Shown piece after piece: positions 19,516 through 29,451 of a stretch of DNA of 64,000 bases. Position 1 is the first letter of the stretch, and every line of letters starts with the position of its first letter. This DNA is from Candidatus Portnoybacteria bacterium RBG_19FT_COMBO_36_7 (GTDB taxonomy: Bacteria; Patescibacteriota; Minisyncoccia; Portnoybacterales; GWB1-42-6): assembly GCA_001819495.1 (NCBI GenBank), contig MHMW01000028.1, positions 69,398 to 133,397 on the forward strand, read 5' to 3'. Both the position numbers and the translations under genes were made by a program. The notes beneath the pieces were generated by a model that saw only the letters and a program-made list of their open reading frames with translations, did not search any database and was not told the origin of the DNA.

Positions 19516-21522
19516 TTATTTTTTTGCTAACTTGCTTACTTTATTTATTTGTTCCTGTAGTCTTATTGCTTCATCAAATTGTAGATTGCGGTTGGCCAGT
19601 GACATTTTAAATTGAAGCTCTTTGAGGTATTCTTTCAAATACTCGCGCTCGGTTTTGGGGCTGATTTTTGCCTTGGTAACCTCCACGATGCTGGGCCTGA
19701 TTGGCTTTTTTATCGCCTTAGGCTCAACTCTATGTTCTTTGTTGTATTTTTCTTGGATGCGCCTGCGGCGATTGGTTTCATCAATCGCGCGTTTTATTGA
19801 ATTGGTGATTTTGTCAGCGTACATTATAACTCTGCCTTGCGGGTGGCGGCTGGCGCGGCCCATAGTCTGGATGAGGGTGGTTTCGTTGCGCAAAAAACCT
19901 TCTTTATCTGCGTCCAAAATAGCAACTAGAGCGACTTCGGGCAAATCTAGCCCTTCGCGTAAAAGATTTATCCCGACTAAAACATCAACTTTGCCGAGCC
20001 GCAGATCTTTTAAAATTTCCGGCCGCTCCAGCGTTTTGATTTCAGAATGCAGATATTGCGCTTTGATTCCTTCATCGTGCAGATATTCAGCCAGATCTTC
20101 GGCCAGGCGCTTGGTCAGGGTTGTCACGAGCACTCTGGCACCCAATTTGATAGCCGCCCTTATTTTTTTTATCAAATGCGGAATCTGGTTTTTTGTTGGT
20201 CTGACTTGAATTACGGGATCCAGGAGTCCAGTCGGTCTTATTAATTGTTCAACTATAAACTTTTGACTTTTAACTTTTACTTGCCCGCCGAATCCTTGGC
20301 GGAGGCGGGACTTTTTAATTTCGTATGGCCCCGGCGTGGCCGAAGTATAAATAACCTGATTTACGCGTGTTTCAAATTCTTTGAATTTGAGCGGCCGGTT
20401 ATCAATGGCCGAAGGCAGGCGGAAGCCGTATTCTATTAAGATTTTTTTGCGCGCTTCGTCGCCATGAGCCATGCCGTTTAATTGAGGAACGGTCATATGC
20501 GATTCGTCAATAATTAAAAGGTAATCTTTGGGGTAATAATCAATAAGAGCAAAAGGTGGCTCGCCAGGTGATCGGAATTCCAGATGGCGTGAGTAATTTT
20601 CAATGCCGTGACAATAGCCGACCTCTTTCATCATTTCAAGATCAAAATTAGTCCGGCGTAGCAATCTTTCTGCTTCCAGCAGCTTTTTTTGCCGTCTCAA
20701 TTTTATTAGCCTGTCTTCCAGCTCCATTTTTATATTCTTGATAGCCAGATTTATTTTTTGTTCGGGCGCGACCCAATATTTAGCCGGGAAAACTTTGGCA
20801 TATTCAATTTCCTGTTCTGGCCTTGCCTTCAAAATGTTATTGGGCAGATTAATTTCTGATATTTTTTCTATTTGATTGCCAAAAAAATCAAATTTCAAGA
20901 TTTGCTCGCCAGTGGCGCTCCAGACATGGATGAGGTCTCCCAAAACGCGGAAAGTGCCGCGTTTAAAATCAATGTCTGAGCGGATATATTGCAGAGAAGT
21001 CAGATGTCGTAAAAATTTCTGGCGCGATATTAACTGCCCCTTTTTAAATTCCAAGCTCAAATTTTTGTATTCGTCTGGCGAGCCGATGTTGTAGATGCAA
21101 GAAACTGAGGCGACAATTATTACGTCGTCGCGTGATAACAATGCTTGGGTGGCCGCGTGGCGCAATCTGTCAATTTCGTCATTGATTTTAGCATCTTTGT
21201 CTATATAGGTGTCGGTTTGGGGGATATATGCCTCGGGCTGATAATAGTCGTAATATGAAACAAAAAAATGGACGGCGTTTTGCGGAAAAAATTCTTTGAA
21301 TTCCTGATAGAGCTGGGCGGCAAGGGCTTTGTTATGAGAAATGATAAGCGTCGGTTTCTGTTCTTTTTCAATAACATTAGCTATCGTGAAAGTTTTGCCG
21401 CTGCCGGTCACGCCCAAAAGCGTCTGGTGGCCGACACCAGCATCTAAATTTTTGACCAGCGCGTCTATGGCAGTCGGTTGATCGCCAGTCGGCTTAAATG
21501 GGGCGCGGAGTTTGAATTTCAT
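19516..21522 (-). CDS. uvrB: excinuclease ABC subunit B
   Basis: PTGDQP, GVTGSGKT, YYDYYQPEAY, DESH, GFRLPSA.DNRPL, GINLLREGLDLPEV. Confidence 0.98.
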   Translation of the reverse strand: MKFKLRAPFKPTGDQPTAIDALVKNLDAGVGHQTLLGVTGSGKTFTIANVIEKEQKPTLIISHNKALAAQLYQEFKEFFPQNAVHFFVSYYDYYQPEAYIPQTDTYIDKDAKINDEIDRLRHAATQALLSRDDVIIVASVSCIYNIGSPDEYKNLSLEFKKGQLISRQKFLRHLTSLQYIRSDIDFKRGTFRVLGDLIHVWSATGEQILKFDFFGNQIEKISEINLPNNILKARPEQEIEYAKVFPAKYWVAPEQKINLAIKNIKMELEDRLIKLRRQKKLLEAERLLRRTNFDLEMMKEVGYCHGIENYSRHLEFRSPGEPPFALIDYYPKDYLLIIDESHMTVPQLNGMAHGDEARKKILIEYGFRLPSAIDNRPLKFKEFETRVNQVIYTSATPGPYEIKKSRLRQGFGGQVKVKSQKFIVEQLIRPTGLLDPVIQVRPTKNQIPHLIKKIRAAIKLGARVLVTTLTKRLAEDLAEYLHDEGIKAQYLHSEIKTLERPEILKDLRLGKVDVLVGINLLREGLDLPEVALVAILDADKEGFLRNETTLIQTMGRASRHPQGRVIMYADKITNSIKRAIDETNRRRRIQEKYNKEHRVEPKAIKKPIRPSIVEVTKAKISPKTEREYLKEYLKELQFKMSLANRNLQFDEAIRLQEQINKVSKLAKK

Positions 21523-21582
21523 AATGATTGACTTTTATAATCTTTTAATATACCTTGTATAAAAAGGAGAGGGGGTGTTCTT

Positions 21583-22197
21583 TTGAAAAAGATAGATAAT
21601 ATTTCGATTGGTGTGCCGGCTGTAGTTGTCGTGAAAAAAATTGCGGATATAAATTTAATTGACAAGCTAACATTTATTTTATATACCACGCAGAAGCCTA
21701 ACGAAAAAATACTAAAAGAGCCTGATGTGCCAGTTGATTTATTATTGCGGCATAGCGGTCAAACCGATGAGGCGCGTCTGCCTGTTAAGAGGGAAGAGAT
21801 TTATGATTTCTATGATAGGTATACAAATAAAATAAGGCAGGAATCAGCTATCGGTGTATGCTCATCGGTGAACATGAGGCAGAATTTTTTTCATATCCCA
21901 ATGATAGATTTTCACTGCGATGTGTCAGATGTCAATTTAGCAAGGCTGAAGGATTTTTTGCTCTATATCGGCCAAAAAGAAGGTGCAATTTTAGAGTCTG
22001 GAAGATCATATCATTATTACGGGATAAAACTTTTAACAGTTGAGCAGTGGGTAGAATTTATGGGTAAATGCTTATTGCTCTGTACAGATGCGGGACAGAG
22101 ATACATAGGGCACTCTTTGATGGACGGGTTTTGTACTTTAAGAATATCTGGCAAGGCATTGCATAATTATATCCCAAAAGTTGTAACAATCTTATGA
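21583..22197 (+). CDS. hypothetical protein, possibly archaeo-eukaryotic primase (AEP)-like
   Basis: HIPMIDF...ILESGRSYHYYG...LRIS resembles AEP motif order; own promoter, SD and terminator. Confidence 0.55.
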   Translation: MKKIDNISIGVPAVVVVKKIADINLIDKLTFILYTTQKPNEKILKEPDVPVDLLLRHSGQTDEARLPVKREEIYDFYDRYTNKIRQESAIGVCSSVNMRQNFFHIPMIDFHCDVSDVNLARLKDFLLYIGQKEGAILESGRSYHYYGIKLLTVEQWVEFMGKCLLLCTDAGQRYIGHSLMDGFCTLRISGKALHNYIPKVVTIL

Positions 22198-22261
22198 AGG
22201 GTCTCTATCGAGAGCCCTTTTTTATTTGAATTTCATTTGAGCGTGGAGTATACTAAAATCA

Positions 22262-22837
22262 ATGATTTCTTCTTTGGAAGGCAAAATTGCGCTCAAGTCC
22301 GAGAAATACGCCGTAATTGAAACCAACGGTATTGGTTTTCGCGTCAACCTATCTGAAAAAACTCTTTCAAAAATACCACAAATAGGGGCTTCTGTTAAGC
22401 TTTTTACCTATCTTTCTGTCAAAGAGAATGGCTGGGATCTGTTCGGATTTTTAACTTTTGACGAGCTGGAACTTTTTGAACTTTTAATTTCTATTCCAGG
22501 TATCGGGCCAAAAACCGCTTCAAATATTTTAGCCTTAGCCTCGGTTGAAGACCTGCAGGAAGCAATTGTTTTGGGCGATGAAACGATTTTAGCGCGAGTT
22601 TCGGGCATCGGCAAAAAAGTGGCGCAAAAGATAGTTTTGGAATTAAAATCAAAAGTTAAAAAATTATCAAAAGGAGAAGGCTCGGGCATAGCCGGCGACA
22701 TAGAAGTAATTGATGCGCTTGTTAATTTGGGTTATAAGGTTTATGAAGTCAGGGAAGTTTTACAAAAACTGCCGGAAAACATTAAGGGCCTGGAAAACAG
22801 GGTTAAAGAAACTTTGAAGAGATTAGGCAAGAAGTAA
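22262..22837 (+). CDS. ruvA: Holliday junction DNA-binding protein RuvA
   Basis: MISSLEG, GIGF.V, LFGF, PGIGPKTA, SGIGKK.AQKIVLELK, ALVNLGY. Confidence 0.97.
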   Translation: MISSLEGKIALKSEKYAVIETNGIGFRVNLSEKTLSKIPQIGASVKLFTYLSVKENGWDLFGFLTFDELELFELLISIPGIGPKTASNILALASVEDLQEAIVLGDETILARVSGIGKKVAQKIVLELKSKVKKLSKGEGSGIAGDIEVIDALVNLGYKVYEVREVLQKLPENIKGLENRVKETLKRLGKK

Positions 22838-22966
22838 GCCCAAATATCAAATCCCCGCCCGCCAGAGCCGATTGGATGAGCAATGGGATATTGATGAAAG
22901 AAACTGAATGCAGACATAACTTATTAAAACCACTTGTTCGCTTTGGCAATCGGCGGGCAGGCAAAT

Positions 22967-23060
22967 TATTCCAAATCAAGGTCAAAATCCAAAATCCAAA
23001 ACGTTTTAAGCTTTGAACTTTGGATTTGATTTGACATTTGAGCTTTGATATTTGGATTTA
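22967..23060. repeat. 7-bp-period inverted repeat tract
   Basis: caaatcaaggtcaaaatccaaaatccaaa / ctttgaactttggatttgatttgacatttgagctttgatatttgg. Confidence 0.65.
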
Positions 23061-23075
23061 AAAAATAATCTCCTA

Positions 23076-24062
23076 ATGCAAGATAAAACAACATTTGACA
23101 GGGAGGATTGGAATAAATTCGTTCTTGAGCAGGACGGTTCTTTTTTACAATCCTGGGAATGGGGCGAGTTTCAAAAAGCAATTGGCAGGCAGGTATTCTA
23201 TTTGAAAGTCGACAGCTATCAATCGCTGATTATAAAACATGATCTAGCGTTGGGAAAGAGCTATCTTTATTGTCCGAGAGGGCCGATTGCTTCGCTTAAT
23301 TTAAAAGTTGAAAGTGAAAAATTAAAAATTATTGAGTTATTTTTAAAAGAAATAAAAGAATTAGCGAAACAGGAGAACGCGATATTTGTGAGAGTTGAGC
23401 CGACAAGGGGTATCGCTGAAGACGATTTAAGAAAAGCGGGATTTATCAGAGCTCAGAAAGAGGTTCAGCCTTCACGGACGCTGATTTTGGATTTGAATTT
23501 GAGTGAAGAAGAATTGTTGGCGCAAATGCACGAGAAAACGCGATATAACATAGGGCTAGCCCAGCGCAAAGGCATTTCCGTGACCTTAAGAAAATTAGAA
23601 GACGGAGAAGAAGCTTTTGAAAAATTCTGGCAGCTTTTGAATCAGACGGCAAAAAGGCAGAAGATCAGTATTTTCTCCAGAGATTATTACAAAAGGCAGA
23701 TGACCATCAAAAGCGGCCAATTTGAAAACCTGCTTTTCATCGCCGCTTATCAGGGCAAGGCAATCGCGGCCAACCTTGTCATTTTTTTTGGAAACACAGC
23801 GACTTATTTGCACGGCGGGTCTGACAATGTATATCGTGCTCAAATGGCGCCGCATCTGCTTCAGTGGGAGCAGATAAAAGAAGCCAAAAGGCGTGACTGC
23901 AGAACATATGATTTTTGGGGAATTGACGAAAATAATTGGCCGGGAATAACCAGATTCAAAAATGGTTTTGGCGGCAGAGAAGTTCAATATATCGGCACTT
24001 TCGACCTGATTCTGAAACAGGCCTGGTATAGCGCTTATGTTTTAATTAAAAAAGTTTTATAA
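23076..24062 (+). CDS. FemAB/FemX-family peptidoglycan bridge peptidyltransferase
   Basis: FLQSWEWGEF, YCPRGP, KTRYNI.LA.RKG, YLHGGS, YDFWG, G..RFK.GFGG; start moved to ATG 23076 because the upstream TTG lies in a repeat. Confidence 0.9.
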   Translation: MQDKTTFDREDWNKFVLEQDGSFLQSWEWGEFQKAIGRQVFYLKVDSYQSLIIKHDLALGKSYLYCPRGPIASLNLKVESEKLKIIELFLKEIKELAKQENAIFVRVEPTRGIAEDDLRKAGFIRAQKEVQPSRTLILDLNLSEEELLAQMHEKTRYNIGLAQRKGISVTLRKLEDGEEAFEKFWQLLNQTAKRQKISIFSRDYYKRQMTIKSGQFENLLFIAAYQGKAIAANLVIFFGNTATYLHGGSDNVYRAQMAPHLLQWEQIKEAKRRDCRTYDFWGIDENNWPGITRFKNGFGGREVQYIGTFDLILKQAWYSAYVLIKKVL

Positions 24063-25375
24063 TGAAAAATTTATTGAAAAAACTTGTCCCAAACTTTATT
24101 TTTAGCATCTACCATTGGAAGCTGGCTTATTTAGGAGCGATGATTTATGGTTTCCCTTCGCGAAAACTGATTGTGATTGGCGTGACAGGGACAAAAGGCA
24201 AAACAACAACCTGCAATTTGATTGCCCAGATTTTGAATGGCGCAGGATATAAAACTGGTATGGCTACAACTGTTAATTTCAGGATTGGCGAAAAAGAATG
24301 GATAAACGAATATAAGCAGACAATGCTTGGGAGATTCAGGCTACAGAAACTGTTGCGGCAAATGGTTCGCGAAGGATGCAAATACGCGGTGATAGAAACT
24401 TCTTCAGAAGGAATTTTGCAGCACAGGCACAGAGGCATAAATTATTCTGTTGCGGTTTTCACTAATTTGTCGCCCGAACACATTGAGCGCCACGGTAGCT
24501 TTGAAAATTATCGGGCGGCCAAGCTCAAATTATGCGAGGCAGTGGCAAAAAAAAGAGAAGGTATCGGGATTTATAATCTGGATGACGCCAACGTGGATTA
24601 TTTTTTGAAATGCAATATTTTAAATAAATTCGGGTATGGAACGCATAATAAATATCAGCTTGCAAGTTTCAATAAAATTTCAGAGATTAAATTATTTCCA
24701 GACCACACCGAATTTTCTGTCAATGGTGAAAAATTTCAGATGCCTTTGATCGGCGAATTCAATGTTTATAACGCCACCGCCGCGATTTGCGTGGTACAAT
24801 CACAGGGAATTAGGATAGAGAAAATCAAAGAAATTTTAAAGCACACCAAACCGACCCCGGGCAGATTGGAGATTGTAAATATTGGTCAGTCCTTTACTGT
24901 CATTGTTGATTACGCGCATGAGCCGGCTTCGCTGGAAGCGGTTTATAAATTTTTGATTGAAATGAAAAAATTTACCCCGAGCGTAGTCGAGGGGCCAAAA
25001 AGAATTATTGCCTTACTCGGCGCACAGGGCGGGGGAAGAGACAAGGGAAAACGTCCGGAATTGGGCAGGATAGCGGGAGAATTCGCGGATATAATAATAG
25101 TTACAAATGAAGACCCGTATGATGAAAGTCCGCAGCAGATAATTGATGATGTAAAACAAGGAATAACCCCTCGACTTCGCTCGGGGCAGAATCTCTTTGA
25201 GATTTTGGATCGTAGAGAAGCAATTAAAAAAGCGCTGAGCCTGGCCGAGCCAGGGGACATCGTGATTTTAACAGGCAAAGGAGGCGAAGTCTGGATGTGC
25301 GTAGAAAATGGCAAAAAAATACCCTGGAATGAGCGGGAAATAATTGAAGAAGAACTAAGGAGAGCAGTTTTTTAA
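24062..25375 (+). CDS. murE: UDP-N-acetylmuramoyl-tripeptide synthetase (MurE family)
   Basis: GVTGTKGKTTT, ETSS, FTNLSPEHIE.H, PGRLE, VDYAH, GGRD..KR, EDPYDE, GKG.E. Confidence 0.9.
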   Translation: MKNLLKKLVPNFIFSIYHWKLAYLGAMIYGFPSRKLIVIGVTGTKGKTTTCNLIAQILNGAGYKTGMATTVNFRIGEKEWINEYKQTMLGRFRLQKLLRQMVREGCKYAVIETSSEGILQHRHRGINYSVAVFTNLSPEHIERHGSFENYRAAKLKLCEAVAKKREGIGIYNLDDANVDYFLKCNILNKFGYGTHNKYQLASFNKISEIKLFPDHTEFSVNGEKFQMPLIGEFNVYNATAAICVVQSQGIRIEKIKEILKHTKPTPGRLEIVNIGQSFTVIVDYAHEPASLEAVYKFLIEMKKFTPSVVEGPKRIIALLGAQGGGRDKGKRPELGRIAGEFADIIIVTNEDPYDESPQQIIDDVKQGITPRLRSGQNLFEILDRREAIKKALSLAEPGDIVILTGKGGEVWMCVENGKKIPWNEREIIEEELRRAVF

Positions 25376-25417
25376 AAATAAAAAAATATAATTCTATTAG
25401 GAAGGGAGGACAAAGAT

Positions 25418-25624
25418 ATGACAGGCAGAGAGATTCTTGTTTGTACCGATTGTAAAAGCGCGATTTTCGTGGATTCAGTAGCCAATACGGCGCCAAGATT
25501 TACAGGTAACTTCGGGGATCATCCGGAAAACAGGGAAATGATTGATGGGCAAGACGACTTGCGTGATTTTAAAAGAACCCACAGGAAACACAAAGTTATT
25601 GAAGTTAAGCTTAAGTATGATTGA
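25418..25624 (+). CDS. small hypothetical protein with CxxC and H..H
   Basis: 68-aa ORF with strong SD (ggaagggagga). Confidence 0.65.
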   Translation: MTGREILVCTDCKSAIFVDSVANTAPRFTGNFGDHPENREMIDGQDDLRDFKRTHRKHKVIEVKLKYD

Positions 25625-25712
25625 TCGGAAGATGGAACTATAATAGGCCAAAAACTGATTTTTAGCTTTTGGCCTTATTTTTTTCTTTAAAACACGGTGA
25701 TATAATTGATTC

Positions 25713-26120
25713 ATGGACAAGTCTTTCGAAATTTTAGATCATCCGGCGGATTTGAAAATCAGGGCTTTTGGAAAAACAAAAGAAGGATTGTTTTTGAACA
25801 TGATGCGCGGCATGGCAGAGTCACAGCAGGGAGAAATTGAAAACAAAAAAGAAATAAAAAAAGAAATTAAAGTTAAATCTTCTGATCTGGCCTCGCTTTT
25901 GGTTGATTTTTTAAGCGAGATAATCTATCTCAGTCAGACAAATAAAGAGATTTATTTTAATGCAGGATTCAGAAAATTCAGCGAAAATTATCTAGAAGGA
26001 GAATTATTTGGCCAAAAAGTCAAAAGATTTAATGAAGACATCAAGGCGGTTACTTATCACGAATTGGAAATAAAAAAAGCTGATGACCACTGGGAAGCAA
26101 CAGTCATTTTCGACATATGA
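25713..26120 (+). CDS. archease
   Basis: FEILDHPADL, LVDFLSE, IKAVTYH, C-terminal FDI. Confidence 0.93.
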   Translation: MDKSFEILDHPADLKIRAFGKTKEGLFLNMMRGMAESQQGEIENKKEIKKEIKVKSSDLASLLVDFLSEIIYLSQTNKEIYFNAGFRKFSENYLEGELFGQKVKRFNEDIKAVTYHELEIKKADDHWEATVIFDI

Positions 26121-27547
26121 TGACCAAAAAAGACTTAAATAAAATTTCCGATTTTGTTTGGGAAATTCCAAAGAGTTTTCGCGCTGACATGCGCGTGCCG
26201 GCCAGAATTTACGCAGACCAAAATCTGCTGGAAAAAGTATTTGATGACAGGTCGCTTGAGCAACTGATAAATGTTGCCACTTTGCCGGGCATCATAAATT
26301 ATGCTTTGGCCATGCCCGATATGCACGAAGGTTATGGTTTCCCAATTGGCGGAGTGGCTGGTTTTGAGGCAAAAGAAGGGATAATTTCGCCTGGCGGAGT
26401 CGGATACGATATTAATTGCGGAGTGCGAGTTTTGCGTTCTGATTTGAGCTTTGGCGAAATACAGCCGCACATTGTCAATTTAATGAATCAAATTCAGCGC
26501 GATGTGCCATCGGGTGTCGGTCAGGGCGGCGGAGTGAAATTAAGCGAAGAATCAATGAAAAAAGTTCTGGAGGAGGGAGTGAGATGTATTATTGAAAAGG
26601 GATACGGCCAAAAAGAAGATATTGAATATTGCGAGGAAAGGGGAATGATGGCTGGCGCGCAGGCTTCAGCGGTTTCTGAAAAGGCAAAAAGCAGGGGGCG
26701 CGACCAATTAGGCACCCTGGGAGCAGGCAATCATTTTTTGGAAGTCCAGAAAGTTGATGAAATTTTTGACGATAAAATCGCGGCAGTTTTTGGCTTAAAA
26801 AAGGATTTGGTGACAATAATGATACATTGCGGATCGCGAGGCCTGGGTCACCAAGTGGCAACCGACTATGTTTCAGTTATGCACAAAGTCGCGTCAAAAT
26901 ATAAAATTTCTTTGTCCGATGCGGAGCTGGCCTGCGCGCCTTTTGAAAGCCAGGAAGGCAAGCAATATTTTTCAGCCATGGCTTCCAGCGCCAATTTTGC
27001 CTGGGCCAATAGGCAGATGATAATGCATTTGGTGCGCGGCGCCTGGCAGAGGATTTTAGGGCAAAGCGGCGGACAGCTGAAACTGATTTATGACGTAGCG
27101 CATAATGTGGCGAAATTAGAGAAATATGATGGTCAGAATTTAGTTATTCACAGAAAAGGGGCGACTCGCGCTTTTCCTCCGGCCAGCCATGATATTCCAG
27201 AAAAATATCGGCTATCCGGCCAGCCGGTTTTGATTCCCGGCACCATGGGCACGGCTTCTTATATTTTAGCCGGCACGCAGAAAGCTAAAGAAACATTTTT
27301 TTCTGTTTGCCACGGCGCGGGCAGGGTAATGTCGCGCCATGCTGCCATTCGAGCGGCTGAAAGCAGTCAATTGCGCCAGAAATTGGAATCAGAAGGAATT
27401 GTGGTGCGTTGTTTATCAAATAAAGGCCTGGCTGAAGAAGCGCCGATGGCATATAAAGACATTCATAATGTTGTTGAAGTAGTTGAACAGGCGGGTCTGG
27501 CAAAAAAAGTGGCTCGGCTGAAACCATTGGGAGTAATAAAGGGTTAA
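26117..27547 (+). CDS. rtcB: RNA ligase RtcB
   Basis: MPDMHEGYGFPIG, GYDINCG, GTLGAGNHF, HCGSRGLGH, DVAHN, HRKGA, HGAGR, EEAP.AYK. Confidence 0.97.
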   Translation: MMTKKDLNKISDFVWEIPKSFRADMRVPARIYADQNLLEKVFDDRSLEQLINVATLPGIINYALAMPDMHEGYGFPIGGVAGFEAKEGIISPGGVGYDINCGVRVLRSDLSFGEIQPHIVNLMNQIQRDVPSGVGQGGGVKLSEESMKKVLEEGVRCIIEKGYGQKEDIEYCEERGMMAGAQASAVSEKAKSRGRDQLGTLGAGNHFLEVQKVDEIFDDKIAAVFGLKKDLVTIMIHCGSRGLGHQVATDYVSVMHKVASKYKISLSDAELACAPFESQEGKQYFSAMASSANFAWANRQMIMHLVRGAWQRILGQSGGQLKLIYDVAHNVAKLEKYDGQNLVIHRKGATRAFPPASHDIPEKYRLSGQPVLIPGTMGTASYILAGTQKAKETFFSVCHGAGRVMSRHAAIRAAESSQLRQKLESEGIVVRCLSNKGLAEEAPMAYKDIHNVVEVVEQAGLAKKVARLKPLGVIKG

Positions 27548-27556
27548 AATAAAAAG

Positions 27557-27592
27557 AAAAATCCCTTAACAGAATATGTTAAGGGATTTTGT
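27557..27592. terminator. bidirectional terminator hairpin
   Basis: aaaatcccttaaca-gaata-tgttaagggatttt between convergent genes. Confidence 0.75.
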
Positions 27593-27604
27593 TGTTTATA
27601 TTTT

Positions 27605-27934
27605 TTACTTATTTTTTATGTCTTCTAGTTTCTGGGTTGCCTTAACAACCTTACGGCTTGGTTTTTTTTGTGTATGAAATTTCCATTCCTGAACGACTCC
27701 GTCGTTTCCTCGCCTGACATAGACCTTAAAATCAAGCGGGAACGATTTTTTGGTTTTTTGGAGGCGAGCAATAAAACGGGAATCAACCTCCCAAACCTGA
27801 AGGGGCCGCTTTTTAAAAATTATTTCAACAGTTTCGCTTCCAAAGCCAAGATGTTTGGCTGCTGCGGAAATGACATCATTGGTGAAAGTATCAAGATGCT
27901 CCACAAACCACTGGTACGCCACTTTCTTTTTCAT
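27605..27934 (-). CDS. hypothetical protein
   Basis: 109-aa ORF with SD aagggagg. Confidence 0.65.
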   Translation of the reverse strand: MKKKVAYQWFVEHLDTFTNDVISAAAKHLGFGSETVEIIFKKRPLQVWEVDSRFIARLQKTKKSFPLDFKVYVRRGNDGVVQEWKFHTQKKPSRKVVKATQKLEDIKNK

Positions 27935-28259
27935 TGTTCCCTCCTTTGACAGTTAGTTTCAATTCAAGCTGTACCGGCCGCTTTATTTTGATTGCTGATT
28001 TTTTTGAGTCAACCCTTTTTCTTAATAGAATTTGTGCGGCCTGGCGGCATGCTTTTTTAAAAATTTCAGGGGGTATCCAGAGAGAATCCGGATCGTAGAC
28101 GCTGGCATAAGGGTCAAATTTCGCTGCCAGATGGATGCGTTTTCGTCCTTGGCGGAAAATGCAATGGATGTTTTTTATTTTAAGTTCTACTTCCCCCGGC
28201 TTTTTGGTATCTATAACTTCTATTTCTTTAATCTTTGCCTCCTTTTTGTTTATCCCCAT
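27891..28259 (-). CDS. hypothetical protein
   Basis: Start reassigned to ATG 28259 (MGINKKE) behind aaggagg and a TTGACA-17-TATCCT promoter. Confidence 0.65.
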   Translation of the reverse strand: MGINKKEAKIKEIEVIDTKKPGEVELKIKNIHCIFRQGRKRIHLAAKFDPYASVYDPDSLWIPPEIFKKACRQAAQILLRKRVDSKKSAIKIKRPVQLELKLTVKGGNNEKESGVPVVCGAS

Positions 28260-28530
28260 TTTCTTTCCTCCTTTCTTAGTTTTTAAGGTGCCGAGATTTA
28301 TTAGGATAACATTACAATCATTATTTGTCAAATTAATTTCATTTGAATCGCAGAAAATGGTATAATAACAAAAATAAGTTAAATAATGAAAAAATATTCT
28401 TCCGCCAGAGCCAGCCGAGGAAAAACGGCCTATCGCACGCCGTCTGATTTTCGCTATCGGCATCTTAAGAAAATTGAACAAAGAAAAGTTTTCCAAAAAT
28501 TAAAATAGAATAAATTTTGGATGCAGCCAT

Positions 28531-29439
28531 ATGGATATTTTTCAAAAGCAGCAAATAGTTGATTCGATTAAAGCAATAATTAAAGCCCGCTGGTTTTTTG
28601 CGGCAACTGTTTTTGTTCAGGGAATAATTGTTAAAGTATTTTTCCCCAACCCCTTAGCCTCTACTTGGCAGCTGGCAGTGATTTTAATAGTCAGTTATTT
28701 TTACAACATTGCCTATTGGCTATATGTCCGGCGACCGCCAGAAAAAATGACAGATTTGGGCATTAAAGCCGTGAAAGCGCTTCAAATTATTATGGACTCT
28801 TTGGCTATTTCGGCTATACTTTTTTTCTCCGGAACAGTCGACAAAATGATAGTGGTCTGGTATTTTGTTGTTTTAATGATTGGCGTCAGTCTTTATAAAA
28901 AAAGGGGGATTGCCTTAAGCGCTTTTTTTTGTATTTTTCTTTATAGCAGCCTTTTAATTTTAGAATATTATGGATTTTTAATTGTTCCAGCAGGGGCTAA
29001 AAATTTTACTACTGCTTACGGAAATATAGAGCTTACGCTTGGTAATTTGATTGGCTTTGGTACTTATATGATCGCGGCTTCTTTTTTTGCCTGGTTTTTG
29101 GGAAGTTTATTGAGAAAAAGAGAAAAAAGACTGCAAGAGAGAACCGATCAGGCAGTAAAGCAGGCACAAATTCTTGCTCACCAAACCCAAGAGCTTACCA
29201 AAACCAAAGACTATCTCCACGAAGCGCTGGTCAAATCAGATAAATCCAGGACAGAGCTTGAGAAAACAAAAGTAAGTCTGGAAAAAATCAACCTTGAATT
29301 AAAAGCTAAATTGGACGAAGTGGAAAAATACAGCGAAGTGACGACGGGCAGAGAGCTTAAGATGATTGAGCTGAAAGATAAGATAAAATCTATGGAAGAA
29401 AGGATGAAAGAATTAGAGGAACAGATTGCCAATAAATAG
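28531..29439 (+). CDS. kinase-less multi-TM sensor-like protein (paralog 5)
   Basis: MDIFQKQQI start, TM block, KTKDYLHEAL, TTGRELKMIELK. Confidence 0.85.
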   Translation: MDIFQKQQIVDSIKAIIKARWFFAATVFVQGIIVKVFFPNPLASTWQLAVILIVSYFYNIAYWLYVRRPPEKMTDLGIKAVKALQIIMDSLAISAILFFSGTVDKMIVVWYFVVLMIGVSLYKKRGIALSAFFCIFLYSSLLILEYYGFLIVPAGAKNFTTAYGNIELTLGNLIGFGTYMIAASFFAWFLGSLLRKREKRLQERTDQAVKQAQILAHQTQELTKTKDYLHEALVKSDKSRTELEKTKVSLEKINLELKAKLDEVEKYSEVTTGRELKMIELKDKIKSMEERMKELEEQIANK

Positions 29440-29451
29440 ATATTAAAATCT

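Noticed and set aside
263-22837. ruvA and ruvB separated by 21 kb with no ruvC
   Set aside because: Split ruv genes are common and a resolvase may lie outside the window
26117-27547. Intein or intron in rtcB or other core genes
   Set aside because: Lengths are normal and no splicing motifs or frame breaks were seen
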